64,000 nt of DNA from Octopus vulgaris (taxonomy: Eukaryota). Position 1 is the first letter of the stretch. Each line of letters starts with the position of its first letter. Under the pieces are notes generated by a model that ran no database searches, was not told the DNA's origin, and saw only the letters and a program-made list of their open reading frames with translations. Location of the stretch: positions 88,722,001-88,786,000 of the forward strand of contig OX597820.1 in assembly GCA_951406725.2 (NCBI GenBank). The letters are read 5' to 3'. Both the position numbers and the translations under genes were made by a program. This document shows positions 13,427 through 23,975 of the stretch, piece by piece.

Positions 13427-14597
13427 TATATAGATAGATATATGTTTGTATGTATTTATGCATAAATATATGTATATACCTAGATACATATATATATATA
13501 TATATATACGCGTGTAATCTGAGTGTGTGTGTGTGTGTGTTTGTGTGTATGTGTGTATGTGTGTGTGTTTGTTCACGTGTGTGCATAATGTATTTGTGCG
13601 TATTAAAGAATGTTAATCCCAAATCAGTCTGCGATTAGAAACACAATTCGAAAATTATTTTAAGAAATTGTCTCTTGCTGTCGCATTTGGTGAAAACTTG
13701 TTTGAAATTGAACAATTTTCCAGATGATTTTAAAACAATGCTAGTTTGATTACCGACAATTTGGTAACGGCAAGATGTGCTCAGATGCAAGCATTTATGC
13801 AAAATCTCATGTCTGAGAATAACATTTCTTTACATTCACCGGTCTCGAAGACACCGGATAACTGTCATTGAAGTTTTCCTTCCTTTTCTGGTTAAGTCAT
13901 GTAGAAAATAGTAAAATGAAAAGCAAAATATAGTGTGTCCTTTTTTTTTCGTGGCGGTGGGATTGTAATTTGATGGAGATTTGGAAGATATTTCAAGCAC
14001 TTCTGGTGAACACTGAGAGGTCTCCCTTGCAGGCTCCTTAGAGCGAAAAGACAAAGCTTTAGGGAAGCCTGTTGAACTAATGTTGAATCTAGTTTATTTC
14101 ATTCATGTTTACTTCGCTTAAAAACATCGGTACTCTTCTCGATAAGTATGTGTTGAACTTCCTAAACTAAAAATTAATTTGTGTTACATGAGAAGAGAAG
14201 CGAGTTCTGACATTTCCGCGTACATACACGCAACACACATGCACTCATTCACTCATGCATACACACACACAACACATACACACACACACGCACGTACGCG
14301 CGCACACACATGCCAAACGCATTAACACATACGCACCCAAACCTTTGTTTATTTCCTGAGACTTTAAATTTCGTTTCTGTAAAGAAGTGTGACATTGTGC
14401 CCTAGACCAATAGCTCTGGAATGACACGAAATGGAGCTAGGTGCGCCGCGAAATTCAATCATAATATTAAAAAAAAAATACTGAAAATGTCAAATTGAAA
14501 ATTTAAATATAAAGTGGTCTTTATTATTGATTCATAACGAAAGTGGTTATTTCCTGCAATTCAAAATATTTATACAATTACAGTGTGAAAGATGTTT

Positions 14598-14779
14598 ATT
14601 AGCCTTTCAAAAAACGCAAAAACTGTTATCTTCATTTAAACATTTGTTATTTGTTATCAACATTTACGTCGCACCAAATGAATGGTAGTGGAACTGGGTC
14701 AATGTGACGAAAATTTTGACACCAAGTAATAAACGTTTCAGCGAAGTTAACAGCCTTTGTGTGTTTTTGAATGGCTAAT
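14598..14779. mobile_element. Short MITE with about 40-bp imperfect TIRs
   Basis: ATTAGCCTTTCAAAAAACGCAAAAACTGTTATCTTC versus the reverse complement of the right end, ATTAGCCATTCAAAAACACACAAAGGCTGTTAACTTC. Confidence 0.6.
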
Positions 14780-14789
14780 CTGAGCAGTT

Positions 14790-15222
14790 GCGAAAGAGGT
14801 TATATGGAAGACCAGAATGAAAGGTATACTGTCAGACACCATGACCTCTGGTACCGCCCTAACGAACTTCTTTAGATTCCATCTGAAGAGGAAGGTGGAG
14901 CTAGAGAAAAGGTGTCTGACAGAGTCTGTATTAAAAAAAAGATGGATGCGTGTCGCTCGGATGCTGGGTGTGAAAGGCCCAGCATGAACACGCCACGATC
15001 ACCTACCAAAAGGTTGCAGCTAAAATAACAGGGCCCGTGGGGTCGGCTATCCTGTTCTTTTATCTTCATTGTTTTCTTTGTTTATTTGTCCTTATTTAAT
15101 TTTCATTGTAATTTCATTCCTTTGTAAATAACTCATCCGATTTCATTGTAAAAAAGTTCCATGTTGACCCCAAACATTGTATTGTCCCCATCTGTGTTAA
15201 TCCGTATGGATAATAAAGAAAT
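14790..15222 (+). mobile_element. 3' end of an L1/Tx1-like LINE
   Basis: ORF remnant LLRFHLKRKVELEKRCLTESVLKKRWMRVARML, homologous to remnants at 17.2 kb and 55.4 kb. The 3' UTR ends TTGTCCCCATCTGTGTTAATCC..AATAAAGAAAT, like the SINE B tail. Confidence 0.6.
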
Positions 15223-15336
15223 TTAATCTGAGTCTTCCAAGTTGCAATTGTTTTAGTCTCAATACACAGTCTCAGATCAAATCACCAACCGAAAGAAGTA
15301 CATCTTCAAGATATTTATATTTATAGGTTAAAATAA

Positions 15337-15715
15337 GGTGATGAGCTTGCAGAATCGTCAGCACGGTAGGGAAAATGCTTAGCAGCATTTCGCCCGTCTT
15401 TGCGTTCTGAGTTCAAATTTCGCCGAGGTCGGTTTTGCCTTTCGAGCATCACAAAAATTTCCAGTTGTACAATGGCGTTGATATAATCAATTTGCTCCCT
15501 GCGAGCTGGCAGAATTGTTTAGCACGCCCGACTAAATGCTTAGCTGTATTTCGTCCGTCTTTATGATTCTGGGTTCAAATTTCGCCCGGGTCGACTTTGC
15601 CTTTCGTCCCTTTCGGAGTCGATAAACTGAGTACCAGTTGAGCACTATTGTCGCTGTAATCTACTTAATCTCTCCTCCATAAACTGCTGGTCTTGCTCTA
15701 AAATTTGAGACCAAT
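15337..15715 (+). mobile_element. SINE family B composite dimer
   Basis: Two B units flanked by the imperfect duplication ATATTTA(T/C)A(G/A)GTTAAAATA. Confidence 0.75.
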
Positions 15716-15928
15716 ATTTACAAGTTAAAATATATAAACCTTTCTGTCTTTCCCGTAAATCCTTGATGAAATGGTAAGAGCACAGTAGAGACATAGCAGG
15801 CGCGTCTTCGGCACTTCAAAACTGGTGGATCACATCTCTGTTCATAAATTGATCACAGCTGCTTTCTTCCACAGAAGTGGAGAATAAAGGTAAACAAAGG
15901 AATCGTCCTTACCTATGCATGTGTATGT

Positions 15929-16005
<77 letters not shown>

Positions 16006-16299
16006 TGTGTGTGTGTGTTTCTGTGTGTGTGTGTGTTCATGTATGCATGCATTATCATTGTTATAATTATTATCATTATTATTATTATTAATGCCATGAG
16101 CTGGTGGACTTGCCCTTGTCCGACTTGAGGCCACATAAAGCTGGCCGTGACTAAATACAAGAGCTGGTAAGTAAATACCAAATACACAGAGTTGAAACGA
16201 TGTTTGATTTTTCTTTTCAGCGTTGAATGTTAACGATCCCACTTCCATTGCGTGCACATTCACACACACAAACACACGCACGCACGCACATACTAGGGT

Positions 16300-17037
16300 G
16301 GAACTAATCGGCTGGCCCACTCCCAAAATTTTAGGGCCTTGTGCCTAGAGTAGAAAAGATTATTAAACTAATATTAAAGCGGCGAGCTTTCAGAATCGTT
16401 GGCACGGCGAGCGAAATGCTTAACATTATTTCGTCTGTCTTTACGTTCTGAGTTCAAATTCCGCCAAGGTCGATTTTGCTTTTCATCCTTTCAGGGTTGA
16501 TAAATTAAGTACCAGTTGCATACTGGGGTCGATTGGACCCCTCCCCCATATTTCTGACCTTGTGCCTATAGTAGAAAGGATTTTATTATTAAACTTATAC
16601 CAAGGTGGCGAGCTGGCAGAATTATTAGCACGCCATTATTTCGTCCGTCTTTACGTTCTGAGTTCAAATTCCGCCGAGATCGACTTGGCTTTTCATCCCT
16701 TCGGGGTCGATAAATTCAGTACGAGTGAAAAATTGAGGTCGATGTAAATGACTAGACCCCCTCTCCCTAAATTTCAGCCCTTGTGTCTATAGTAGTAAGG
16801 GTTATTAAACTTACACTAAGGCGGCGAGCTGGCAGAAAAGTTACTGCACCGGACAAAATGCCTAACAGCATTTCTTCCGGCTCTTTATACTCTGAGTTCA
16901 GATACCTCTGAAGTCGACTGTGCATTTCATCCTTTCAGGGTCAATAAATTTAGTACCTATTGAAAACTAGAGTCGACTCCTCCCACTAAAATTGCTGGCC
17001 TTGTGCCGAACTTTGAAAGAATTATCAAACTTACTCT
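16300..17037 (+). mobile_element. Stack of SINE B copies separated by a repeated target sequence
   Basis: Three near-full copies plus a 3' fragment, each followed by an ATTATTAAACTTAYACT-like motif. Confidence 0.8.
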
Positions 17038-17079
17038 AACCAATGAATAAATACGGAACGTCAGTTAACTACTCTGAGT

Positions 17080-17290
17080 AAACCCATTTAAATGCACCAG
17101 TATGGCCACTCTCGTCCACATTTCGGTAAACACACTAGACTTCTCTCTACTCTCACCTTTCTGTTCAGGTGATACTTGAAGAACTTGATAAGAGCTTGGC
17201 CAGATGAAGCCGAGAGGTCTTCGTCCTCATTTTGAGTGCAGAATTATCAATTAGCAACATACCTTCTGATCGATGATCATATGACTTAAA
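17080..17290 (-). mobile_element. L1/Tx1-like ORF2 C-terminal remnant
   Basis: Minus-strand translation SGQALIKFFKYHLNRKVRVERS, homologous to the 14870 and 55450 remnants. Confidence 0.55.
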
Positions 17291-17751
17291 CGACACATGA
17301 TTCATAACACCCAATACACGAACATCATATTTTGATTTATAGATTTATACACGCACAACACAGAGACTCACTCACTGTCTTTTCCTTTCACTCCCCCTCT
17401 CTCTCTTTCTCTCTCCTTCTTTGCCCCCTCTGGGAATGCTAACCTTGAAAGTAAATCAAATTATTACACAATAAATTATGCTTTCTAATACAGAATTTAT
17501 GAACTTCTTTACAGTTTAATGTCATACATCGTTATTGTCACTTATTTATCATTCGCTTCAATTTATTTCCTAGATTCTTAACAGTTCAAACATTTATTAA
17601 CAATTATGCTGTCTAACTAAGCATTGATATCAAATTTACTGAATTAGATGTTCATTTATAATTAACGTAGTCGATATTAGGTGCAAATAATACACATGCA
17701 GAAACACAGGTACACATACACGCACGCATACACATACACACATACAAACAC

Positions 17752-17787
<36 letters not shown>

Positions 17788-17990
17788 ACTTTGTCTCTTT
17801 CTAGCACTCTAATATGAGCATTATAAAGTTTTCAAACGTAATTAAAACCTAAGTGATGCGAAAGGAGAGAGAGGAGGAGAGGCGAGGGAAAGGAGAGAGA
17901 GAGAAAGAGAAGGAGAGGGAGAGAGAAGAGATATCAACAAAAATATGATATACAACGCACACATGCACAGTCTTTTTGTGCATCACTATT

Positions 17991-18033
<43 letters not shown>

Positions 18034-18040
18034 CTATCTA

Positions 18041-18090
<50 letters not shown>

Positions 18091-18127
18091 AAAAAGGAGA
18101 TGTGGAACACGAGTTGTGATATATAAA

Positions 18128-18283
18128 AAAGGAAATGAAGAAAATGCTGACAAAATAATTTAAGTAAGGGAGAGTGTATTTAATTAGGTGAAAGTTCTTT
18201 TTACCGGTAAAAAGAACTTTCACCTAATTAAATACACTCTCCCTTACTTAAATTATTTTGTCAGCATTTTCTTCATTTCCTTT
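18128..18283. repeat. Perfect 156-bp palindrome (78-bp arms, no spacer) within (TA)n
   Basis: The arms are exact reverse complements centred on ACC|GGT at 18205/18206. Confidence 0.95.
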
Positions 18284-18307
18284 ATATATATATATATATA
18301 TATATTT

Positions 18308-18720
18308 ATAATTTAGAGCAAACAGTAAAATGTCATTATAGTACTCGGAGTTTCGAACGTTGGAGCGAAGAGCTACGATACATTCTCGTCGGCTATTAAT
18401 GGCAACAGACGCTATGAAAAACCGTTAAATAAAAGGGAAGTAACTCTAATGGGTGGAAAAAGAAAAAAAAAGAAAACCTAAACGCAACCTTATTCTCACA
18501 ATATATAGACATAAACCTCCTGTATTTACAAAGTCTACATACGTACACACTCACACAAACATATACAGGTACATGCACACACATACATACACACACACAT
18601 CGTTTTTCATAGCGTCTGTTGCCATCAATAGCCAACAAGTATGTATTGTAGCTCTTTGCTCCGACATTCGAAAACTCCGAATACTATATTGACAACCTTT
18701 TACAGTTTGTTCTAAATTAT
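18308..18720. mobile_element. Non-autonomous element with about 115-bp inverted repeats, each carrying a hammerhead-like motif
   Basis: 18308-18420 and 18603-18720 are diverged reverse complements. Confidence 0.75.
18338..18396 (-). ncRNA. Type I hammerhead ribozyme, CCGACGA core variant
   Basis: Minus strand reads atag CCGACGA gaatgt..acgttc GAAA ctccgag TA ctat. Stems I, II and III all pair. Confidence 0.65.
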
Positions 18721-18781
18721 GACATACATAAATAATCCTCTATTTCTCTACTATCGAGGTTTCATTGTTTTGTTGTTACAT

Positions 18782-18837
<56 letters not shown>

Positions 18838-18947
18838 ATACTTGCATATGATGTGTTGTAAATTTATGGAAAGAAAGCCTGTAAAACTCAACAATTTAGT
18901 TTAAAATGGAGAAGAGTTGTTAAAATATATTAGAGAATTGTAATTCA

Positions 18948-19042
18948 TGCAGACGATCGTTTCGTATATAAAAAAATAATGCAAATTCATGATTGAATTG
19001 AATTAAATTAATTAACTATATATTAATGTACTCTTCAGTGCA
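18948..19042 (-). ncRNA. Type I hammerhead ribozyme (canonical core, palindromic stem III, long AT-rich loop II)
   Basis: Minus strand reads tgca CTGAAGA gtac...atac GAAA cgatcg TC tgca. Confidence 0.75.
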
Positions 19043-20049
19043 AGAAGTATAAACAAAATTTTTAGAAAGAACTTGAGAAAGGAAGTAGCAGAATAAAATC
19101 TAGGAGATTCATATTTATCTTTATGAGGAAAAGAGATGTGAGTCCAGTTAGGTATTAACTATGACTAAAGGCTATAACGGTTATTTGAAAATATAAGTAA
19201 AAGAGGTTTCAGAGACGTTCCCTCTATAGATGAGTAAGGGGATTAGAAATTTTAACTCCAAATAAGTCGCGTAGGGCAAAAGTAGTATAGAAATGTCCAG
19301 TGGAAAGGCATGGCTATATTTGAATTAAGATATGATCTGACAGTTAAAAACATTACTTAGTGTGGTGTGTATTTTAAAAAAAATTTTATACATGAGAATG
19401 AAGTTAATCTAGAGGAGATAGTGTATAAAGAGCTACTTAACGTAAACAAGTGTTAGAGAAGTAAAAAGGGTTAAAGAGAGAATTAGATGCGTAAGATGGA
19501 CTTAAGTTTGCATAAGAACTAATATTCGTTAGTATATATTAAATATAATGTAGAAAAATATCTAGATAGTAAATACTTGCTGTGGCTATAAAAATGAAAG
19601 AAGTGAAGTTGAAATATATACTAGATGCTGGAATACGGAAAAATAAATCAATGTAGGGGCGATAAATGAGCTGGGAATAAAAATGATAAATAAAGGGTTA
19701 ATTTTATATATTTGATATGCAAGGTTATACAGTAACTCTGTTTTAGTATGAATAAAAATTATGAGGTAAGAAACTAGCTTGGCATAATGTGAGGGGGGTA
19801 GTTAATGGTATTAGGGTAGTATTAATATTCAAGTAATAGAAGAGTATTGTGTATTATGAATATAGGAAAAGATACGAGCATGGGGTACACAAAGGTATAC
19901 AAACAAGTTTATACGTAATGTCAGAGAAAAAATAATCTTATAAGGAAAAAAGTGTTAGTATATTTATTCATATTTGCACATTAATATACATAGATATAGG
20001 AATTCTAGTTGTTTTTTTATTAGGGTATATATGAAAGAAGAAACACCGT

Positions 20050-20097
<48 letters not shown>

Positions 20098-20098
<1 letters not shown>

Positions 20099-20320
20099 GG
20101 AGTAAACACATAAATGTGAAACAAGGTGGAAAAAAGAGTACTCAAATACCAGTGGTAGAGTAATATGCTTTATTTAAAGCAGCAGAAAATTCAACAAAAC
20201 CTGTTACTCTGAGTTTCACGTTCCCGTTCGTCGGACAGTTCTAGCAAAAACTGTCGAACGAACGGGAACGTGAAACTCAGAGTAACAGGTTTTGTTGAAT
20301 TTTCTGCTGCTTTAAATAAA

Positions 20321-20321
<1 letters not shown>
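20098..20321. mobile_element. (TA)n-embedded fold-back element (73-bp arms, 8-bp spacer), PLE pseudo-LTR-like
   Basis: Arms 20168-20240 and 20249-20321 are reverse complements with two mismatches. (TA)n lies on both sides. Confidence 0.85.
20201..20238 (-). ncRNA. Minimal type I hammerhead ribozyme, CCGACGA core variant
   Basis: Minus strand reads ctgt CCGACGA acg-ggaa-cgt GAAA ctcagag TA acag. Confidence 0.7.
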
Positions 20322-20384
<63 letters not shown>

Positions 20385-21039
20385 TCATACCAGTGCAAAG
20401 AGAGAAAAGGCACACACATATAGATATAAATACACACATATAAAAAAAATAATATGTTTATATGCGTGTATGCGAAACATACGTATATACGCAGATACAC
20501 ACGTTCATATTAAAAGATACGATATATGTTAGTGGCAACATCTGGTAAATAAACACAAAATAATAGATATACACACAGAGCTGACATATAAGATCCATAC
20601 CTAGAAATGCACACATGGTTGTAGACATGTAGGACACCAAGAAGTACTATAAGTGCATACATATTTGGATATATCAGTAGTAAAATATATTTAATTACCA
20701 GGTAAAGAGACAAGTAATATAAACCAGTAATCGTTAGTTGAGGGGGGTTAAATGGACACATTATACAAATAAAATAAAATACCAAAAATTATAGGTATAT
20801 TATATATTAGGAAAGATTATTTTTTTTTAAAAAAACAGACAAATTGAGAGAAAAGGAGGCGTATAGAGAGATAGATAAAGTGTTAGCCCTATATATGGTT
20901 GGTCATGCAATTGTTAGAAGGAAATGTTAAATGAAAAATACCAAGATAGTGTAAGATATAGTGATGTAAAGTGGATGTGATGAGTAATCGCATTCCATAG
21001 AAAAAGATACATAGAAATATTTTTAAAAGACACCAAAAA

Positions 21040-21800
21040 CTAATCTAAGCAAGAGGGTAGTGAAGAATTATTAAAGATTGATAGGAATTTGGTCATGCGT
21101 TTACACGAGGAAACTTTTCCATCCCTAATATTAACCAAATTGCCATTCATTCTGATTATACTATAGCTTTCTTCCAAACACAACCTACAAATTTTATTAT
21201 TATTTCTGTAAGAGGGGGAAGAAGAAAAGATTTTCCAAGAAATTGAGAAATTAATATTGTTTCTTTTGAGGTGCCAAATTTTTTTAGAAAGACCTGTGCT
21301 TTTCTCTTTTCTAGGGTCCCTAAAAGAAGGTCTGTGATTATAAATTCTCGATTTAAGTGAATATTTCGTGCAACCCACGTATACGTATCAAGAGGAGTCC
21401 TAAGTAACAATAGTTGCTTGGTATACAACTTCTCTCATTTTACAATTTCTATCTACTTCACAGGCATTTGGGTCTCTACAATTACAATTTAAATTACTAT
21501 GTGGTACTATGGTGTTATGTCTATATTTATTAGAGATATTGGAGTTCTGATTATTATCATTATAGTAGTTGTTAACTATAGGATTATTGGAAGTACTAGG
21601 TACTGGAGATTGTCCTTAAGAGATTTGGAGAGACTGAAAATCCAAATCTAATTTTTTTATCAAATATTTTAGCATATTTAGAGTTTTTGAAGTTTTTATT
21701 AATTATCATTCTAATGGATCTAATAAAGTTAGATTTTAGATGTTTGGCGAAAGGGATTACGATCCAAGTTGCGTTAATACTGTTTTCTTTATTGGAATGA
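21040..21800 (-). pseudogene. Penelope-like element GIY-YIG endonuclease and linker remnant (Naiad-like)
   Basis: WIVIPFAKHLKSNFIRSIRMIINKNF..YAKIFDKKIRFGFSVSPNL, then CNCRDPNACEVDRNCKMREVVYQATIVT*DSS*YVYVGCTKYSLKSRIYNHRPSFRDP..STGLSKKIWHLK..ISWKI..SY..KICRLCLEE. This is a Cys motif plus a VVY/YVG GIY-YIG variant, with two in-frame stops. Confidence 0.85.
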
Positions 21801-22123
21801 TGAGTTGTGTTTGGGAGGGTCAGCTATTCTCACAAGATATTGATTTCTTTTTTGCTATTCTATTCCCATCTATATTAATTTGAGTTCTATGGTTATATAT
21901 AATATTGAAGGAATTGAGTGAGTTCAGATTATTTTCATTTTTCTGCTTTTGATTTAATATTCCTATTTTTATCTATAATTATACAGTTTTTGTGTTTGTT
22001 GTCAGCATTCTTGGGTTTATCAATAATAATATTAGTGTGGTTAGTAAGGTGGGAATTGCTAAAATTTATATTAATAAAAGAAAGAATATATATATATATA
22101 TATATATATATAACACATATTAT

Positions 22124-22342
22124 ACGAAGGAGTGTTGAAAAACTCCTGGCTTTAAGGGTATCGCGAAAAGCCTGTTTGCGAGCCCAACTTTCCAAGTTCT
22201 TTTACAGGGCATAGAAAAACTGAAGGACCGCTGCAATAAGTGTGTGAATCTGTGAGAAGAATATGTTGAATAAAATTATAATTAACGGATCCTTCTGTAT
22301 TTTCTTTTACCCAAAGCCGGGTACTTTTCAGCACTCTCTCAT
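22124..22342 (+). mobile_element. Mariner-derived MITE, second copy
   Basis: Homologous to 233-453. Remnant GIEKLKDRCNKCVNL*EEYVE*. Confidence 0.75.
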
Positions 22343-22593
22343 GCGTGTGTGTATGACTATATCTATATCAATATCTTTTTCCTTATAAATATCCTGAAAA
22401 CTCATCACAGCCTTGGCTTTGTTATCTCATTTTGTCTAATATATAAATGCATGCTAATACAAGACACAGATTAGACTCCTAACTCGTATCACTATCGAAC
22501 CAAGAGTTTAACTACGGTCTGTCCATAGCACTCACTTAGCGTTAACCTCCACTCTTTGGGTCTTCTAGATACCAGTACCTCTTATACCCTTGC

Positions 22594-22650
<57 letters not shown>

Positions 22651-22653
<3 letters not shown>

Positions 22654-22851
22654 TCAAAATGTGACCACGTGTGTACCGTTGGCGATTTTTTTCCCTCTGT
22701 CTCCTCTTCTCTGGATTTTTCCTTCTCCTATGTTTCCAACGAAGAGCTTCGCTCGAAACGTTAAACCCTCCTTCTTTCCTTCTTTCCCGAGCGTCTAATA
22801 ATACTATATTTGTTCCACGTCCTCGCGTTGTTGTGTTTTTCATGTTTGGAT

Positions 22852-22857
<6 letters not shown>
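22651..22857 (+). mobile_element. About 200-bp (TA)n-embedded element with a minimal hammerhead-like motif at 22732-22766
   Basis: gttt CCAACGA a gagc-ttc-gctc GAAA cg TT aaac. Homologous copy at 48910-49110 (-) and 3' fragment at 35647-35698. Confidence 0.7.
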
Positions 22858-22913
<56 letters not shown>

Positions 22914-23044
22914 GATATGTAAAAAAAAATACAAACTGTGACAAGAACGCATAACACTGAGAAGACGATACAACAAACACAGACAGGACATTCGAAGCCC
23001 TCAGTCTTCAGTCAAGAACCGGATCATCGTAGTAATTTCGGCTG

Positions 23045-23061
<17 letters not shown>

Positions 23062-23085
<24 letters not shown>

Positions 23086-23310
23086 TGTATTTATGTATGT
23101 ATCTTTGTGTCTGTGTTTGTTCCCCTTACAATCGCTTGACAACCGATGTTGGTGTGTTTACGTCCCCATAACTTAGCGGTTCGGCAAAAAATACCGATGC
23201 AATAAGTACTAGGCTTACAAAGAATAAGTCCTGGGGTCGATTTGTTCGACTAAAAGGAGGTGCTCGAGCATGGCTGCAGTCAAATGACTGAAGCAAGTAA
23301 AAGAATAAAA

Positions 23311-23312
<2 letters not shown>
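23062..23312 (+). mobile_element. SINE family A, 3' half
   Basis: Matches the family A body and tail downstream of the internal microsatellite. Confidence 0.8.
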
Positions 23313-23367
<55 letters not shown>

Positions 23368-23372
23368 TAGAG

Positions 23373-23461
<89 letters not shown>

Positions 23462-23794
23462 CAGATATAATATTGGAAAGGTCACTGACTCACAGTAACT
23501 AGTAATTTCATCAAGAGGAGGAATACACGGCAATTTTCCAACACAAACACAAGAAAATTGATACCTTACAAATGTATTGAGTTCTCTTTTCCCTTGAGGT
23601 AGCCTTAGTACATTATACTTTCACACGTGTGTACATTACAAAAGTTCAGATAATCCGATTCACCTACTTTACCATTCAGGTGTCTCACTGGCGCTTTTGG
23701 GCGTTGACTACGAGTGGTGTGAAAAGATTGGCTGTTTGACTGTACGTAACCATGATCGTTACCACTGGCACCATCCTCATTAATTAACACCTTC

Positions 23795-23874
23795 ATTATC
23801 ATGATTATGATCATTATCATGATTATGATCATTATCATGATTATGATCATTATCATGATTATGATCATTATCAT
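23795..23874. repeat. 18-bp minisatellite (ATTATCATGATTATGATC)n
   Basis: About four tandem units are visible. Confidence 0.8.
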
Positions 23875-23975
23875 CGTCATCATCATCTCTATAAATGCTA
23901 CCATCACTAATTTATGTACAGCTACGAATAGACTTAGACTCATATGAAGACGACACAGTCGAATACTAGTAATGT

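Noticed and set aside
17140-17210. Strong plus-strand splice acceptor followed by VILEELDKSLAR*
   Set aside because: It is better explained as the antisense of the LINE ORF2 remnant.
21380-21405. Selenocysteine recoding of the in-frame TGA, as described for some Naiad PLEs
   Set aside because: The TGA is not at a Cys-motif position, an in-frame TAG lies four codons upstream, and I identified no SECIS. Decay is the simpler explanation.
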